Shown here one piece after another: positions 17,582 to 27,680 of a stretch of DNA of 64,000 bases (position 1 is its first letter; each line of letters starts with the position of its first letter). This DNA comes from Pseudomonadota bacterium. GTDB lineage: Bacteria > Pseudomonadota > Alphaproteobacteria > Rhizobiales > Xanthobacteraceae. Location: assembly GCA_018971625.1 (NCBI GenBank), contig JAGXAJ010000011.1, positions 4,336-68,335 of the forward strand, written 5' to 3'. Both the position numbers and the translations under genes were made by a program. The notes below the pieces were generated by a model. That model was not told where the DNA came from, did no database searches, and saw only the letters and a list, made by a program, of their open reading frames with translations.

Positions 17582-18334
17582 ATGACCAAGAAGCTTACTG
17601 GCAAGGTTGCCCTCGTCACCGGCGGCTCGCGCGGCATCGGCGCCGCCAGCGCTCGCGCACTCGCCGATGAAGGCGCCCACGTCGCGATCAGCTATGTCGC
17701 TTCTGCCGAAAGGGCCGAAGCGGTCGTCGCTGAACTGAAGGCCAAGGGCGTGCAGGCGCGCGCCTTCAAGGCTGACCAGGCGTCACCGGTCGACGTCGAC
17801 CGGTTGGTGCAGGACGTCGCCAAACATTTCGGCCGGTTGGACATTCTCGTCAACAACGCCGGTGTCATCGCCAGCGCACCGGTCGATGATGTCAAAGTCG
17901 ATATGGCAGCGCTTGCGCATCAGGATGCGGTCAATGTGCAAGGCGTGGTCACCGCGATCCGCGCAGCCTCGAAACTGATGGGCGACGGCGGACGCATCGT
18001 CACCATCGGCTCGGGTATCGCCAGCCGCGCCACGTTTCCGGGTTTGGCGGACTACGCTGCTACCAAGTCTGCGATTGTTGGCTACAGCAAGGGCGCGGCG
18101 CGAGACCTCGGACCGCGCGGTATTACCGTTAACGTGCTGCAACCAGGCTCGATCGATACCGACATGAATCCAAAGGACGGCGGCGCATTCGCCGAAGCCC
18201 AACGCTCGATGCATGCGCTGCAACGCTATGGCACCGCCGAAGAAATCGCGGCTGGCGTGGTTTTCCTGGCGAGCCCCGGCGCGTCGTTCGTCACCGGCAC
18301 CGTGCTCAATGTCGATGGTGGCTTCGGCGCTTAA
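17582..18334 (+). CDS. SDR family oxidoreductase
   Basis: In-frame ATG 17582 (GGAGAAATCCG upstream). TGGSRGIGAA cofactor motif and YAATK catalytic motif. Confidence 0.9.
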   Translation: MTKKLTGKVALVTGGSRGIGAASARALADEGAHVAISYVASAERAEAVVAELKAKGVQARAFKADQASPVDVDRLVQDVAKHFGRLDILVNNAGVIASAPVDDVKVDMAALAHQDAVNVQGVVTAIRAASKLMGDGGRIVTIGSGIASRATFPGLADYAATKSAIVGYSKGAARDLGPRGITVNVLQPGSIDTDMNPKDGGAFAEAQRSMHALQRYGTAEEIAAGVVFLASPGASFVTGTVLNVDGGFGA

Positions 18335-18373
18335 TTCAATACACCTCAAAATTCGAAGACAAAGGAACATGCC

Positions 18374-19072
18374 ATGATCGAACTCAGGCCATTTGCAAAG
18401 CTGGGCGCCGCCGACCACGGCTGGCTGAAGGCAAAGCACCATTTTTCGTTCGGCAGCCACTACGACCCGAGCAATATGGGTCATGGTAGCTTACGGGTAT
18501 GGAACGATGACGAGATCGCGCCGAACGCTGGCTTTCCTGCCCACCCTCATGCCAACATGGAAATCATCACCTATGTTCGCGAAGGCGCGATCACCCACCA
18601 GGATAGCCTCGGCAACAAGGGCCGCACCGAAGCGGGTGACGTTCAGGTGATGAGCGCGGGAAGCGGCATCCGCCATTCCGAATACAATCTGGAGTCGACC
18701 CAAACCAGGATCTTCCAGATCTGGATCGAGCCGACCATGCAAGGCGGCCAGCCGACCTGGGGCACCAGGCCGTTTCCGAAGTCGGACCGGTCGGGCAAGC
18801 TCGTGACGATCGCGAGCGGTTTCGAGGTCGACAAGGATGCACTGCCGATCCGCGCCAAGGCGCGCGTGCTCGCCACCACGCTGAGGGCCGGCGAGAGCGC
18901 GGAATATGCGCCCGGAAAGGCGCGCCATCTCTATCTGGTGCCGGCGGCCGGAGCGGTCGAAGTCAACGGCGTACGGGTCAATGCCCGGGACGGTGCCGCG
19001 ATCAGCAACGAGAACCAACTCAAGATCACCGCACTGGAAGACTCCGAATTGGTGCTGGTCGACGCGGCGTGA
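18374..19072 (+). CDS. pirin family protein
   Basis: Cupin metal motif FPAHPHANMEIITYV and conserved GSGIRHSE. Confidence 0.88.
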   Translation: MIELRPFAKLGAADHGWLKAKHHFSFGSHYDPSNMGHGSLRVWNDDEIAPNAGFPAHPHANMEIITYVREGAITHQDSLGNKGRTEAGDVQVMSAGSGIRHSEYNLESTQTRIFQIWIEPTMQGGQPTWGTRPFPKSDRSGKLVTIASGFEVDKDALPIRAKARVLATTLRAGESAEYAPGKARHLYLVPAAGAVEVNGVRVNARDGAAISNENQLKITALEDSELVLVDAA

Positions 19073-19188
19073 GGCGCGGCGGGCAAAAACGGAGAACGTC
19101 ATGCCGAGGCCAGATGAAGGCGCGATGATCGCTCTTGTCCCGGCATGACAGCAAGAACAACGACTCCTCCCGAACGAAAGATAGGGCC

Positions 19189-19788
19189 ATGACAAAAGTT
19201 CTCGTCCTGTATTATTCCGCTTACGGTCATATCGAGACGATGGCCAACGCCGTCGCTGAAGGTGCCCGCGAAGCCGGTACTTCCGTCGATATCAGGCGCG
19301 TGCCCGAACTTGTGCCGGCTGAAGTCGCCAAAGCGTCGCACTACAAGCTCGATCAGTCAGCTCCAGTCGCCAGGGTCGAGGAGCTCGCCGATTATGACGC
19401 CGTGATCGTCGGCACCGGGACGCGGTTTGGCCGGATGTCGTCACAGATGGCCAACTTCCTCGATAAAGCCGGCGGCCTTTGGGCCAAGGGCGCCCTGCAC
19501 GGCAAGGTCGGCGGCGCGTTCACCTCGAGCGCGACCCAGCATGGTGGTCAGGAGACCACCCTATTTTCCATCATCACCAACCTGCTGCATTTCGGCATGA
19601 TTATTGTCGGCCTCAACTACGGCTTTGCCGGCCAGACGGAGCTCAACGATGTCACCGGTGGCTCGCCCTATGGCAGCAGTACGATCACCGGCGGCGACGG
19701 CAGACGTCAGCCCACCGAGAACGAGTTGGCCGGCGCGCGGTATCAAGGCCGCGTGATCGCGGAGACGGCGCAAAAACTGCATGGCTGA
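19189..19788 (+). CDS. wrbA: NAD(P)H:quinone oxidoreductase WrbA
   Basis: In-frame ATG 19189. [19 protein letters not shown]...[11 protein letters not shown]...GGQETT are flavodoxin-like WrbA hallmarks. Confidence 0.9.
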   Translation: MTKVLVLYYSAYGHIETMANAVAEGAREAGTSVDIRRVPELVPAEVAKASHYKLDQSAPVARVEELADYDAVIVGTGTRFGRMSSQMANFLDKAGGLWAKGALHGKVGGAFTSSATQHGGQETTLFSIITNLLHFGMIIVGLNYGFAGQTELNDVTGGSPYGSSTITGGDGRRQPTENELAGARYQGRVIAETAQKLHG

Positions 19789-19891
19789 TACGTATGGGAC
19801 GGCATCCTTTCCAGCCGATGCCGCCCCATTTATCCGGACGCCGCCGCATTGCGCGAGGCGTCGCGGATCAAAATGTGTCACGGTGAACCCC

Positions 19892-20839
19892 ATGAGCAAT
19901 GCCCTGCCCGCCCGATGGCCCGAACTGCCGACCGCTGGATGGCGCGAGACCTATGACACCGTTCATCTCTGGACCCAGATCGTCGGCAAGATCCGTTACG
20001 CACGCTCGCCCTGGCTGAACCACTCCTGGCATGTGGCGCTCTATGTCACGGCGCGCGGCCTGACCACCTCACCGATTCCGGATGGCACCAAAACATTCCA
20101 GATCGATTTCGACTTTATCGATCATGTTTTGCGCATTTTCTCAAGCGATGGCGCGCAGCGGCGGTTGACGCTCCCCGGCCAATCGGTCGCGAGTTTTTAT
20201 GCGGACGTGATGGCGGCGCTCGCCGAGCTCGGCATTCAAATCGCCATCGACGAGATGCCGAACGAATTGCCCGAGCCGATCAGGTTTTCGCTGGACCGCA
20301 AACACGCATCCTACGATCCGGATGCGGTGCGGCGCTTCTTCCAGATCCTCGTCAATGCGGATCGCGTGTTCAAGCAATTTCGCACCGGCTTCCTCGGCAA
20401 GGCGAGCCCCGTGCATTTCTTCTGGGGCAGTTTCGATCTGGCGGTGACGCGCTTTTCCGGCCGGCGGGCGCCGCGTCATCCCGGCGGCGTGCCGAACCTG
20501 CCGGACGCGGTGGCCTGCGAAGCCTATTCCCACGAGGAATGCAGCGCGGGCTTCTGGCCGGGCAGCGGCGCGATCGATTATCCCGCGTTCTATTCCTATG
20601 CCTATCCCGAACCGGCCGGCTATCGCGCGATCAAGGCCAGACCCGATGCCGCCTTCTTCAGCGAAGCGCTCGGCGAGTTCATCCTGCCCTATGACGTGGT
20701 GCGCACCGCCTCCGATCCCGATAGCGCGCTGCTGGAATTCCTGCAAAGCACATATGAGGCTGCGGCCGATACCGCGAGGTGGGACCGCGAGGCGCTGGAA
20801 TGCGCATCCGGCCAGCCACGTGTGGTGCGGCAGATCTAG
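19892..20839 (+). CDS. DUF5996-like family protein
   Basis: In-frame ATG 19892. TVHLWTQIVGKIR..NHSWHVALYVTARGLTT...SPVHFFWGSFDLAVTRFSGRRAP matches my recollection of DUF5996. Its stop overlaps the convergent GNAT stop in a CTAG palindrome (20836-20839). Confidence 0.6.
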   Translation: MSNALPARWPELPTAGWRETYDTVHLWTQIVGKIRYARSPWLNHSWHVALYVTARGLTTSPIPDGTKTFQIDFDFIDHVLRIFSSDGAQRRLTLPGQSVASFYADVMAALAELGIQIAIDEMPNELPEPIRFSLDRKHASYDPDAVRRFFQILVNADRVFKQFRTGFLGKASPVHFFWGSFDLAVTRFSGRRAPRHPGGVPNLPDAVACEAYSHEECSAGFWPGSGAIDYPAFYSYAYPEPAGYRAIKARPDAAFFSEALGEFILPYDVVRTASDPDSALLEFLQSTYEAAADTARWDREALECASGQPRVVRQI

Positions 20840-22023
20840 TTCTCTTCGCGTGACGGCGACCGTCCCAGCGCGCGGGTCACACGCGTCGCAAGCTTTGGAT
20901 AACGGTGCAACGTGCGGGCGGCGCGATCGCGTAGCGCAAAGGGCCATCCACGCCAGCTTAACGCGGCGGTGATCTCGGCGAGCGCCACCGGCACCACGCC
21001 GAAGCGGCGCTTGTAGGCGTAGTTGCCGATACTGAAATCGAAATGCCGCACGCCATCACGATGAAGGGCCGCCATGGTGCGTTCGATGATCAAGCGGCCC
21101 GGCGAACAGTTCGACCATTTGTCGCCGGCATTGCTGATCCGCACCATCACGTAGCTCGAACCGTGGCGAACCCCGAGCAGTGTCGCGACCACTTCGCCCC
21201 CCGCCATCAGCGCCGTAAGTACGGCGTAACCGCTGCCGAGATTTTCCCTGACCAGACCGCGGTAGAACGCCGCGCAGGTATCATCATTGAGCATGAATTT
21301 CTGCCCGAGATGCCGCATACGCGCGTCCTGCTGGCCTTCCATGGCCGATAGTACGCGCAATGCTTCGTCATGGCCGCTCACAATCCGGAACGCCGCGCCG
21401 GGATGGCGCGTGAACACGCGCCAGCTCCGTTCCAGTTCCTTGCGCACGGTGCGCTCCAGCGAATAGCGGTAAGCGTCGAAATCGTCACCCGTGGTCACCA
21501 CATTACTGTTGAGAAACGAGGCGCTAGCGCCGGGCAGCAGCGTCAGGGGATTGGATCTGCCGTCGAGTTCGAACGGCATCTTGCGCAGCCGCACCAGATC
21601 GCTGCCGCCGGGCAGACGCTTCAGCGCATTCAGCAGATCACGCCACATCCGGCGGATAGAAGCTGCGTCACGCAGCGCCGCTGGATGCAACAGCGGAGCG
21701 TTATAATCGGTCAAATTATGATCGGCGAATTCGACGATCCGGATGCCCCGTCGTACCCTCCGCACCAGCGGGAAAAGGGCTACCTGCTGTGACGTCGCCG
21801 TATCCGAGACGATCGCGATCAGCGGCTCAACATCGGGAAAGCCGGCAAACGCCCGGTACCAGGCATTCAGCCAGCGGCGGTCCTGGAATGGTGTCAGCGC
21901 GCGAACGTCATCGCTTCGCGCGTTGGCCCATTCCCAGTCGCGGGCGAACTCGACGCGAAACGCCGCCACGCGGCTGAGTTCCCGTGCTTCTGGACGCCTC
22001 GTCTCTGCCGTCAGAACTGTCAT
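20836..22023 (-). CDS. GNAT-superfamily acyltransferase (CelD/BioF2-like or FemAB-like)
   Basis: 395 aa. Overall layout and the C-terminal region (..RLIIERTMAALHRDGVRHFDFSIGNYAYKRRFG) resemble CelD-like acetyltransferase proteins found in polysaccharide loci. Family assignment is from memory. Confidence 0.6.
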   Translation of the reverse strand: MTVLTAETRRPEARELSRVAAFRVEFARDWEWANARSDDVRALTPFQDRRWLNAWYRAFAGFPDVEPLIAIVSDTATSQQVALFPLVRRVRRGIRIVEFADHNLTDYNAPLLHPAALRDAASIRRMWRDLLNALKRLPGGSDLVRLRKMPFELDGRSNPLTLLPGASASFLNSNVVTTGDDFDAYRYSLERTVRKELERSWRVFTRHPGAAFRIVSGHDEALRVLSAMEGQQDARMRHLGQKFMLNDDTCAAFYRGLVRENLGSGYAVLTALMAGGEVVATLLGVRHGSSYVMVRISNAGDKWSNCSPGRLIIERTMAALHRDGVRHFDFSIGNYAYKRRFGVVPVALAEITAALSWRGWPFALRDRAARTLHRYPKLATRVTRALGRSPSREEN

Positions 22024-22038
22024 TGCAGATCGACGTGT

Positions 22039-22992
22039 TCAGGCCGCCTTCGGCAGATCGACGATCTTGCCGGGTTGAGTCGCATCCAGCCGGAATTCAG
22101 TCGGGCGACGCGCGCTGCGTTCGCGTTTGACCCAGCCGCTGTCGCGATAGAGCTTCTGCATCACCGCTTTGGCGAAATAGGACGGCCCTCGAAGATTGCG
22201 CGTCCTGGGCGTATAGCCGAAGCGATGCCGCAACAGGCCGTTGGCCAGGTTGACGATCTCGGAGCGTCGGATCTGGTCATTGGTATAGGAAACGGTCATC
22301 GAGACGCTGAACGCGCCGAGATTTTCCACGCGATGCGGGGCGTTCAGTTCCCAGTTGAGCATCTGGCCTGGACCGATGTCGAACACTTTGGCGTGCTGGT
22401 CGTACCAGCTCTCATAGGGAATATCGACCTCGACATTGTAGACCGCGATGTCCTCCAGATGCTGTGGCGTAATGAATGGTGGCGTATTCGGATAGACATA
22501 GACGCGTTTGCGCCCGGCGATCTGGATCAAGCCCTGTCCTGGCAGATCGGCATGATAGTAAACCTGCGCGTCAGGCGAAGAGATCAGGATGCTCTCTTGA
22601 TGGCTCCAGACTTCGAAGCCCGGAACCTTGGCAGCGACTTCCGCGAACATGCCATCGATCAGGGTACGATAGCGGCTGTCGACCGCGCCGACATCGCGCA
22701 TGTTCAGCCAGAGACCGCCACGCGAAATCGCTTCCATCACTTGACGGCCGTTGAGATCGCCGATTTCGCCCTCGCGCCAAACCCGACCCGAGTCACGGGC
22801 GCCAGTTTGCACCAGGCTATAATGCTGGCGCGGATAGCGCTCGATCAGTTCGGCCAGTGTTTCCCTGGAAAACAACGGCGCGTTGTGCAGTTCATGCGCG
22901 AGCCGGATCGGCTGATGACCCCACAATGCTGAATGTGTCTCGTCCCAGTCGGTAAAGACCTTGCCGGTCGTCATGGTGACACTCCTGCTCAT
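22039..22992 (-). CDS. cupin-like (JmjC/Fe(II)-2OG oxygenase-like) protein
   Basis: 317 aa. Candidate facial triad YYHAD (HxD) and downstream NAPHRVEN, with beta-rich flanks. Confidence 0.6.
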   Translation of the reverse strand: MSRSVTMTTGKVFTDWDETHSALWGHQPIRLAHELHNAPLFSRETLAELIERYPRQHYSLVQTGARDSGRVWREGEIGDLNGRQVMEAISRGGLWLNMRDVGAVDSRYRTLIDGMFAEVAAKVPGFEVWSHQESILISSPDAQVYYHADLPGQGLIQIAGRKRVYVYPNTPPFITPQHLEDIAVYNVEVDIPYESWYDQHAKVFDIGPGQMLNWELNAPHRVENLGAFSVSMTVSYTNDQIRRSEIVNLANGLLRHRFGYTPRTRNLRGPSYFAKAVMQKLYRDSGWVKRERSARRPTEFRLDATQPGKIVDLPKAA

Positions 22993-23239
22993 TTCTCGTT
23001 CGCCGCCGGCCCGTTGACGGCCATTACGGCGTGCTCCAAACGCTATCCTGAAAACCGGTCATCGCCGCCACATCCGTGACGCGCTGTGCCGATATGAAAC
23101 GACCTACCCGTCTTCTCCCAATCTATCGCAAGAAAGGTGCCCAAGGCAGCCGCAACGCTTACCTGACGATAATGTCTGCGATATATGGCTAACGCGGATA
23201 GCTTTGGAACTTCGGATATAACGGGATGCTCGCCGCACG

Positions 23240-24337
23240 ATGACGTCAGAATCGGAATATCAGACGCTTTTTCTCGGCGCCGGCCCGCAAATGCAATGCG
23301 GAGTTGGGCAATTTACCCGACTACTGGGCGAGACCGTCACCAAACTCGATTCCGATAGTGCGACGACGTTAACCTTGACCCGATCCGAAGGTAGCACCGG
23401 CGATATCTGGCGCGCGGTCGCGTCGGCACGGAACGTGGTCTGCAACTTCCCGATCGTGGCCTGGAAGCGCGTGATATTTCGCCCGCTGCTTGCATTGGCG
23501 ATGGCACGGCTGGGAGGTCGGCACGTCGTCCTGATTCAGCACGAATGGGCCGGCCTGCACTGGTTGCGCCGCATCACCTATATCCCGGCGCTGCTGCTCG
23601 CGCATGGAATCGTGACGTTCTCGCCGCTGGTACGGCGCGAGCTTGCCGACGATGCCCTGGTCGGTTGGGCCGCCAGGAAATGCGTGCTGGCACCCTTGCC
23701 GCCCAACATCGAAGCTGCGACAAGAATAACCGACAGCCAATTGCGGCAACGGTTGGCGGCCGCGCGGCAGAACGGGCGGCTGGTGCTCGGGCATTTCGGA
23801 TCGATCTATCCGGGCAAGCAGCCAAATGCGCTACTCAATATATGTGCGATCCTCAGGGAACGCGGATTGAGGCCACTTCTGGTCTATGTCGGCTCATTCA
23901 TCCGCGGCATGGACAAGGTCGAGCAAGAGTTTCACGCCCGCGCCGCCGAACTTGATATCACCGATGACGTCATCGTCAGCGGCTATATCGAATCCGACCA
24001 GGAAGTGTTCGGCATTTTCAGCGAGATCGATATCTTCTGTTATCCGCTCGAAGAGGGTCTCACGGCACGACGCGCCAGCATCCTCACTTGCGTGCAGTCC
24101 GGCAAACCGGTGATCGTCACCGAACCAGCCGAGCCCGGCGAGTTCGACCACCATTCGCGCTTCAAGGCGCTTATCGATCAGGGCGCGATCTTGCCGGTGC
24201 CGCGCGGTGCCGGCGATGACGCCTATGCCGACAGGATCGTAGCGGCGCTCAAATCTCCATCGGTCCATACGCCTTTCGATTTCGACGCCTGGTGGCGCGA
24301 AGCCGGACAGGCGGTGCGGGCACAGCTCACTCCCTGA
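23240..24337 (+). CDS. glycosyltransferase (GT-B fold, GT4-like)
   Basis: 365 aa. C-terminal half (GHFGSIYPGKQ.., YPLEEGLTARRASILTCVQSGKPVIVTE) resembles the GT4 nucleotide-sugar binding domain. Confidence 0.7.
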   Translation: MTSESEYQTLFLGAGPQMQCGVGQFTRLLGETVTKLDSDSATTLTLTRSEGSTGDIWRAVASARNVVCNFPIVAWKRVIFRPLLALAMARLGGRHVVLIQHEWAGLHWLRRITYIPALLLAHGIVTFSPLVRRELADDALVGWAARKCVLAPLPPNIEAATRITDSQLRQRLAAARQNGRLVLGHFGSIYPGKQPNALLNICAILRERGLRPLLVYVGSFIRGMDKVEQEFHARAAELDITDDVIVSGYIESDQEVFGIFSEIDIFCYPLEEGLTARRASILTCVQSGKPVIVTEPAEPGEFDHHSRFKALIDQGAILPVPRGAGDDAYADRIVAALKSPSVHTPFDFDAWWREAGQAVRAQLTP

Positions 24338-25640
24338 GGCGGAACCGCGCCAGATAATGCAGGCCGAACACCCCGAGCAGGAACGTGAACCACATTGGAT
24401 CGGCACGATCGAGGAAGAAGCTTTCCATCGACGATAGATAAAGTCCGAATAACCATATCTGCAACAACAGCATCGCCAGGGGTCCGCTGTTGCCGTCACG
24501 ATCCGCCGCGTGGAAATCGCGCAATGGAGCAATCACAAGCACAGCAATCAATAGCATCAATCCCGGTAACCCCATCGCCAGGGCTGTGTCGAGATATCCG
24601 TTGTGGCTGTGAGAGGCATATTCCGCCCATTCCATGCCTTGCGGGAGATTCTGGATCGAGCTCGATCCCCAGAATGCCGCGAAGCCGTAACCAATCGGCA
24701 GCCGCAGTTGCAGCGCCTGTACTGCGAAGGTCCAGATATCGGTACGGCCGGTGAAGGTCGGATCAATCGGCAGCATGCTGACTATCTCAGCCAGCCCCGT
24801 ACTCATGACTGTACCGACGCTGAGCAGATTCATGATCAGCAATGGAGTGAGCATCATCGCGGCACGACCCCAGAACGAGCGGACGACGATCGTGAGCTGG
24901 GTCAAACCCAAGACGATGAGAAGCAACGCGGTCGAGCTCTTGCCTTCGGCCTTGATCAGGAACAGCGCCGAGAGCGCGATGATGGCGATGCCGGATAGCC
25001 ATGCGCCGGAACGGACGATGTAGATGCCAAGAAACACCAGCATTGCCATTACGGCTGCAGCGACGTTCTTGTGACCGAACGAGCCGCGCCAGTCGCCGGC
25101 CAGATGGGGTTCCTGCGTATCGGTAGCGAGATGGATTGACAAGTTCGGCGCCAGCAACACGCCGAGATAGCAGATCGCCAGCAAGATCAGCGCAGCAACG
25201 CTGAACCAGCGCGCCAGTTCTGACTGTGATTTCGGCAACAGCATCAGCGCCGCCGCCACCGAAACCACGCAGACCGTGAGCGCGAAGCGGCGGATTGACG
25301 TCCCGGGATCGAGCGACAGCAAGACCGTCAGGAGAATCCAGCCGCCGAACAATAAATATCCTGGTGATAACAGCGTCGCCAGGCCCGGCATGTTGTCGCG
25401 CATCGCCAGGGCGAGGGTCAGCACGGCGAAGCCGCCAAACGCCAGATAGGTCAGCGTTTCGTTGCCGGTCGACATATCCTTGAGCGCCTGATTGCCGAGG
25501 TCGATGAACGGCCGCAGCGACACCCAGGCCAGCAGCAGAACCCCGATGAAAGTAGCGCCTCGCAACACGTCCATCACCTGCCGCTGCCGCAAATCGCTGA
25601 CAACAGCGCGCACGTCCGATGTGGTGATGAACTGGCTCAC
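24327..25640 (-). CDS. O-antigen ligase/polymerase-like membrane protein (Wzy/ExoQ-type)
   Basis: 437 aa, polytopic. Wzy_C-type loop motif YASHSHNGYLDTALAMGLPGL. Its 3' end overlaps the convergent GT gene by 11 nt. Confidence 0.8.
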   Translation of the reverse strand: MSQFITTSDVRAVVSDLRQRQVMDVLRGATFIGVLLLAWVSLRPFIDLGNQALKDMSTGNETLTYLAFGGFAVLTLALAMRDNMPGLATLLSPGYLLFGGWILLTVLLSLDPGTSIRRFALTVCVVSVAAALMLLPKSQSELARWFSVAALILLAICYLGVLLAPNLSIHLATDTQEPHLAGDWRGSFGHKNVAAAVMAMLVFLGIYIVRSGAWLSGIAIIALSALFLIKAEGKSSTALLLIVLGLTQLTIVVRSFWGRAAMMLTPLLIMNLLSVGTVMSTGLAEIVSMLPIDPTFTGRTDIWTFAVQALQLRLPIGYGFAAFWGSSSIQNLPQGMEWAEYASHSHNGYLDTALAMGLPGLMLLIAVLVIAPLRDFHAADRDGNSGPLAMLLLQIWLFGLYLSSMESFFLDRADPMWFTFLLGVFGLHYLARFRLRE

Positions 25641-26638
25641 GGGGTGATCTTCGAGGCTTTATAGGGTTGCGGTTCGATGCCAAGCGAGGCCAGCGCGCTG
25701 CCAAGCGCGACCGCCATCGGATGCAACGCAAAGATCGGCTTCTGCTCGGTGATGATCAGTCGGATCGCCCGCATCAGTGACAATGGCAGGCGCCCGAGCA
25801 ATCTCGCCAGCAATTTGATGCGGGTCGGTAGCGTCCGGGCCGCTTTGAACTCGACATGATAGTTGATCGCACCGATCCGCAAGCCACGCAGCGCGAGCCA
25901 CCCAGGGTTGGTCCTGCTCGGCGGCACCGTCTCGGTGATAATGGCGTCGGCGGTCCAATGGAATTTCATTCCGGCCTGACGGCAACGCGCGAAGAAATCG
26001 GTGTCGCCGCCGCCGAGGAAATTGAAGCGAAGGTCGAAAGCGGGATCGTCGAGTCTTTCGAATACGGCCCGTTTGATCAGGCAATTGCCACAGCCGTAGA
26101 TCGTCGGCACCGGGCCGCTCGCGTCGTAAGCCGGGCAGAAGGCCGGGTGGCGGCGCAAGGCGCGTTTGCTGTCATCATCGAAATTCGGCAACACCGGGCC
26201 ACCGATCACATCGGCACCCGTCGCTTCCGCGGCGCTGACCATCCGCTCCAGCCAGTACGGTGATGCGACCTCGTCGTCATCGATCATCAGCAGGTGTATC
26301 GCTGCGGGGAATGTCGCCAGCGCGGTCTGGAACGCGGCGTTGATTGCCCGACAGTTACCTTGCCGTGGCTCGACTACGCAAAGCCCCTGCAATCGACCAC
26401 CATGAAGAAATTCTGCGGCAACCGGCGCACCCTCGCATTTCATCGCGTCGTTTTCGATGACAACGACAGCGAAGCGGCAGTGGGTCTGCTGATCGGCAAG
26501 CGACTGCAGCGTCCGGCGCAAATGCTGCGGGCGGCGGAAGGTGGGAATGCACACGACGACCGTCACCGTGAGATCGAGATCGCAGGAAATCGTAGCAAGG
26601 CTGCGAGCGGCCGCTGCCATGTCGTCAGAGAATTCCAT
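25637..26638 (-). CDS. glycosyltransferase family 2
   Basis: In-frame ATG 26638 inside track ORF 25637..26935 (the longer N-terminus is Arg/Ser-rich junk). VVVCIPTFRRPQHLRRTLQSL and DxD-type LMIDDDE. ATGA-type 4-nt overlap with the Wzy-like gene. Confidence 0.85.
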   Translation of the reverse strand: MEFSDDMAAAARSLATISCDLDLTVTVVVCIPTFRRPQHLRRTLQSLADQQTHCRFAVVVIENDAMKCEGAPVAAEFLHGGRLQGLCVVEPRQGNCRAINAAFQTALATFPAAIHLLMIDDDEVASPYWLERMVSAAEATGADVIGGPVLPNFDDDSKRALRRHPAFCPAYDASGPVPTIYGCGNCLIKRAVFERLDDPAFDLRFNFLGGGDTDFFARCRQAGMKFHWTADAIITETVPPSRTNPGWLALRGLRIGAINYHVEFKAARTLPTRIKLLARLLGRLPLSLMRAIRLIITEQKPIFALHPMAVALGSALASLGIEPQPYKASKITP

Positions 26639-27623
26639 CGGCCGGTACCTCGATCCAGGGCAAATGCGCCAGTCGCGGCCACCATGCGGCGCGGAATTCC
26701 TCGACATGCGGGTTGGTGTCGAGCGCCGACACCGGAATTTCCGGCATCTCGGCAGTGAGCACATCGTCGCGCAGGAAGATGGCATTGAAGCCGAGCGCGT
26801 TGATGCCGACCAGACGGTAGCCCTTGCGGCGACAGACCGCGACATAGCCCGCCAGGCTGGCCGAGCGGAACAGCGCCTGATCGGGCGGAAGTGCCGCGTA
26901 GTTGAAATCCGCCTGATAGGGAATGGTGAGCGCAAGTTCGCTCGGTATCACATTGTTGAATTCGCAGATCAGGATTCGCGGTCGCAAGGTCATCGCGTTC
27001 CACAGATGCAGATCGTTGCCGTCGATATCGAGCGACAGCACGTCAACCTCGTTCGGGACACCCGCCGAGGCCATCACCCCGTTGACGTTGGCGCGTGTGA
27101 ACCATTCCGATTGCACGACCGGCGGTAACGCGCGGGTAGCGGGATGGCGGCCGAAAAAGCGCCGGCCTTCGGCGACGAATACCGGATCGCCGTCGAACAG
27201 GAAGCCGCGCCAGCGATGATGCACCAGGAGATTGGTCGCCATGCAGATGCGACCGTCCTGCGAACTGATCTCGACCACCGTGCGCGAACCCGAACCGGCC
27301 AGCGTCAGCAGATACAACAGATGGCCGTCTTCCTCGAATTCCGAAAACCGGCTGAAGCCAACCTGCTCGAGCGGCAGGATCACGCCGGCGGCTTGCAGCT
27401 GCTTCCAGGTCGCGACCAGGCTTTTTTGCGCGACTTCGGAGTTGCGGTAAATCGCCTCTTCCGGCCCGTGCTCGAACTGCACCAGCTTGCGCTTGAGGTG
27501 CCGCAGCAAGGATACTTTGCGCAGCCGCGCAACCACGGTATCAAACAAAAGTCGGCTCACGCCTGGATTTGCGGGCGCGGCGCGGCCGGTGCAGGTGTCA
27601 ATATCGGTCGAAATCTGGCTCAT
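26625..27623 (-). CDS. hypothetical protein of the polysaccharide locus (function not supported; possibly FkbM-like methyltransferase fold)
   Basis: 332-aa ORF, 14-nt overlap with the GT2 start. The VDVLSLDIDGNDLHLW...ICEFNNVIP segment loosely recalls FkbM-type IDLLKIDIEG. I cannot support a family call. Confidence 0.7.
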   Translation of the reverse strand: MSQISTDIDTCTGRAAPANPGVSRLLFDTVVARLRKVSLLRHLKRKLVQFEHGPEEAIYRNSEVAQKSLVATWKQLQAAGVILPLEQVGFSRFSEFEEDGHLLYLLTLAGSGSRTVVEISSQDGRICMATNLLVHHRWRGFLFDGDPVFVAEGRRFFGRHPATRALPPVVQSEWFTRANVNGVMASAGVPNEVDVLSLDIDGNDLHLWNAMTLRPRILICEFNNVIPSELALTIPYQADFNYAALPPDQALFRSASLAGYVAVCRRKGYRLVGINALGFNAIFLRDDVLTAEMPEIPVSALDTNPHVEEFRAAWWPRLAHLPWIEVPADGIL

Positions 27624-27680
27624 GCTTGGTTTGATCCGTGGCGCCTTTTGGCAAAGGCTTCTTGTTGAGGAATGTGCCGG

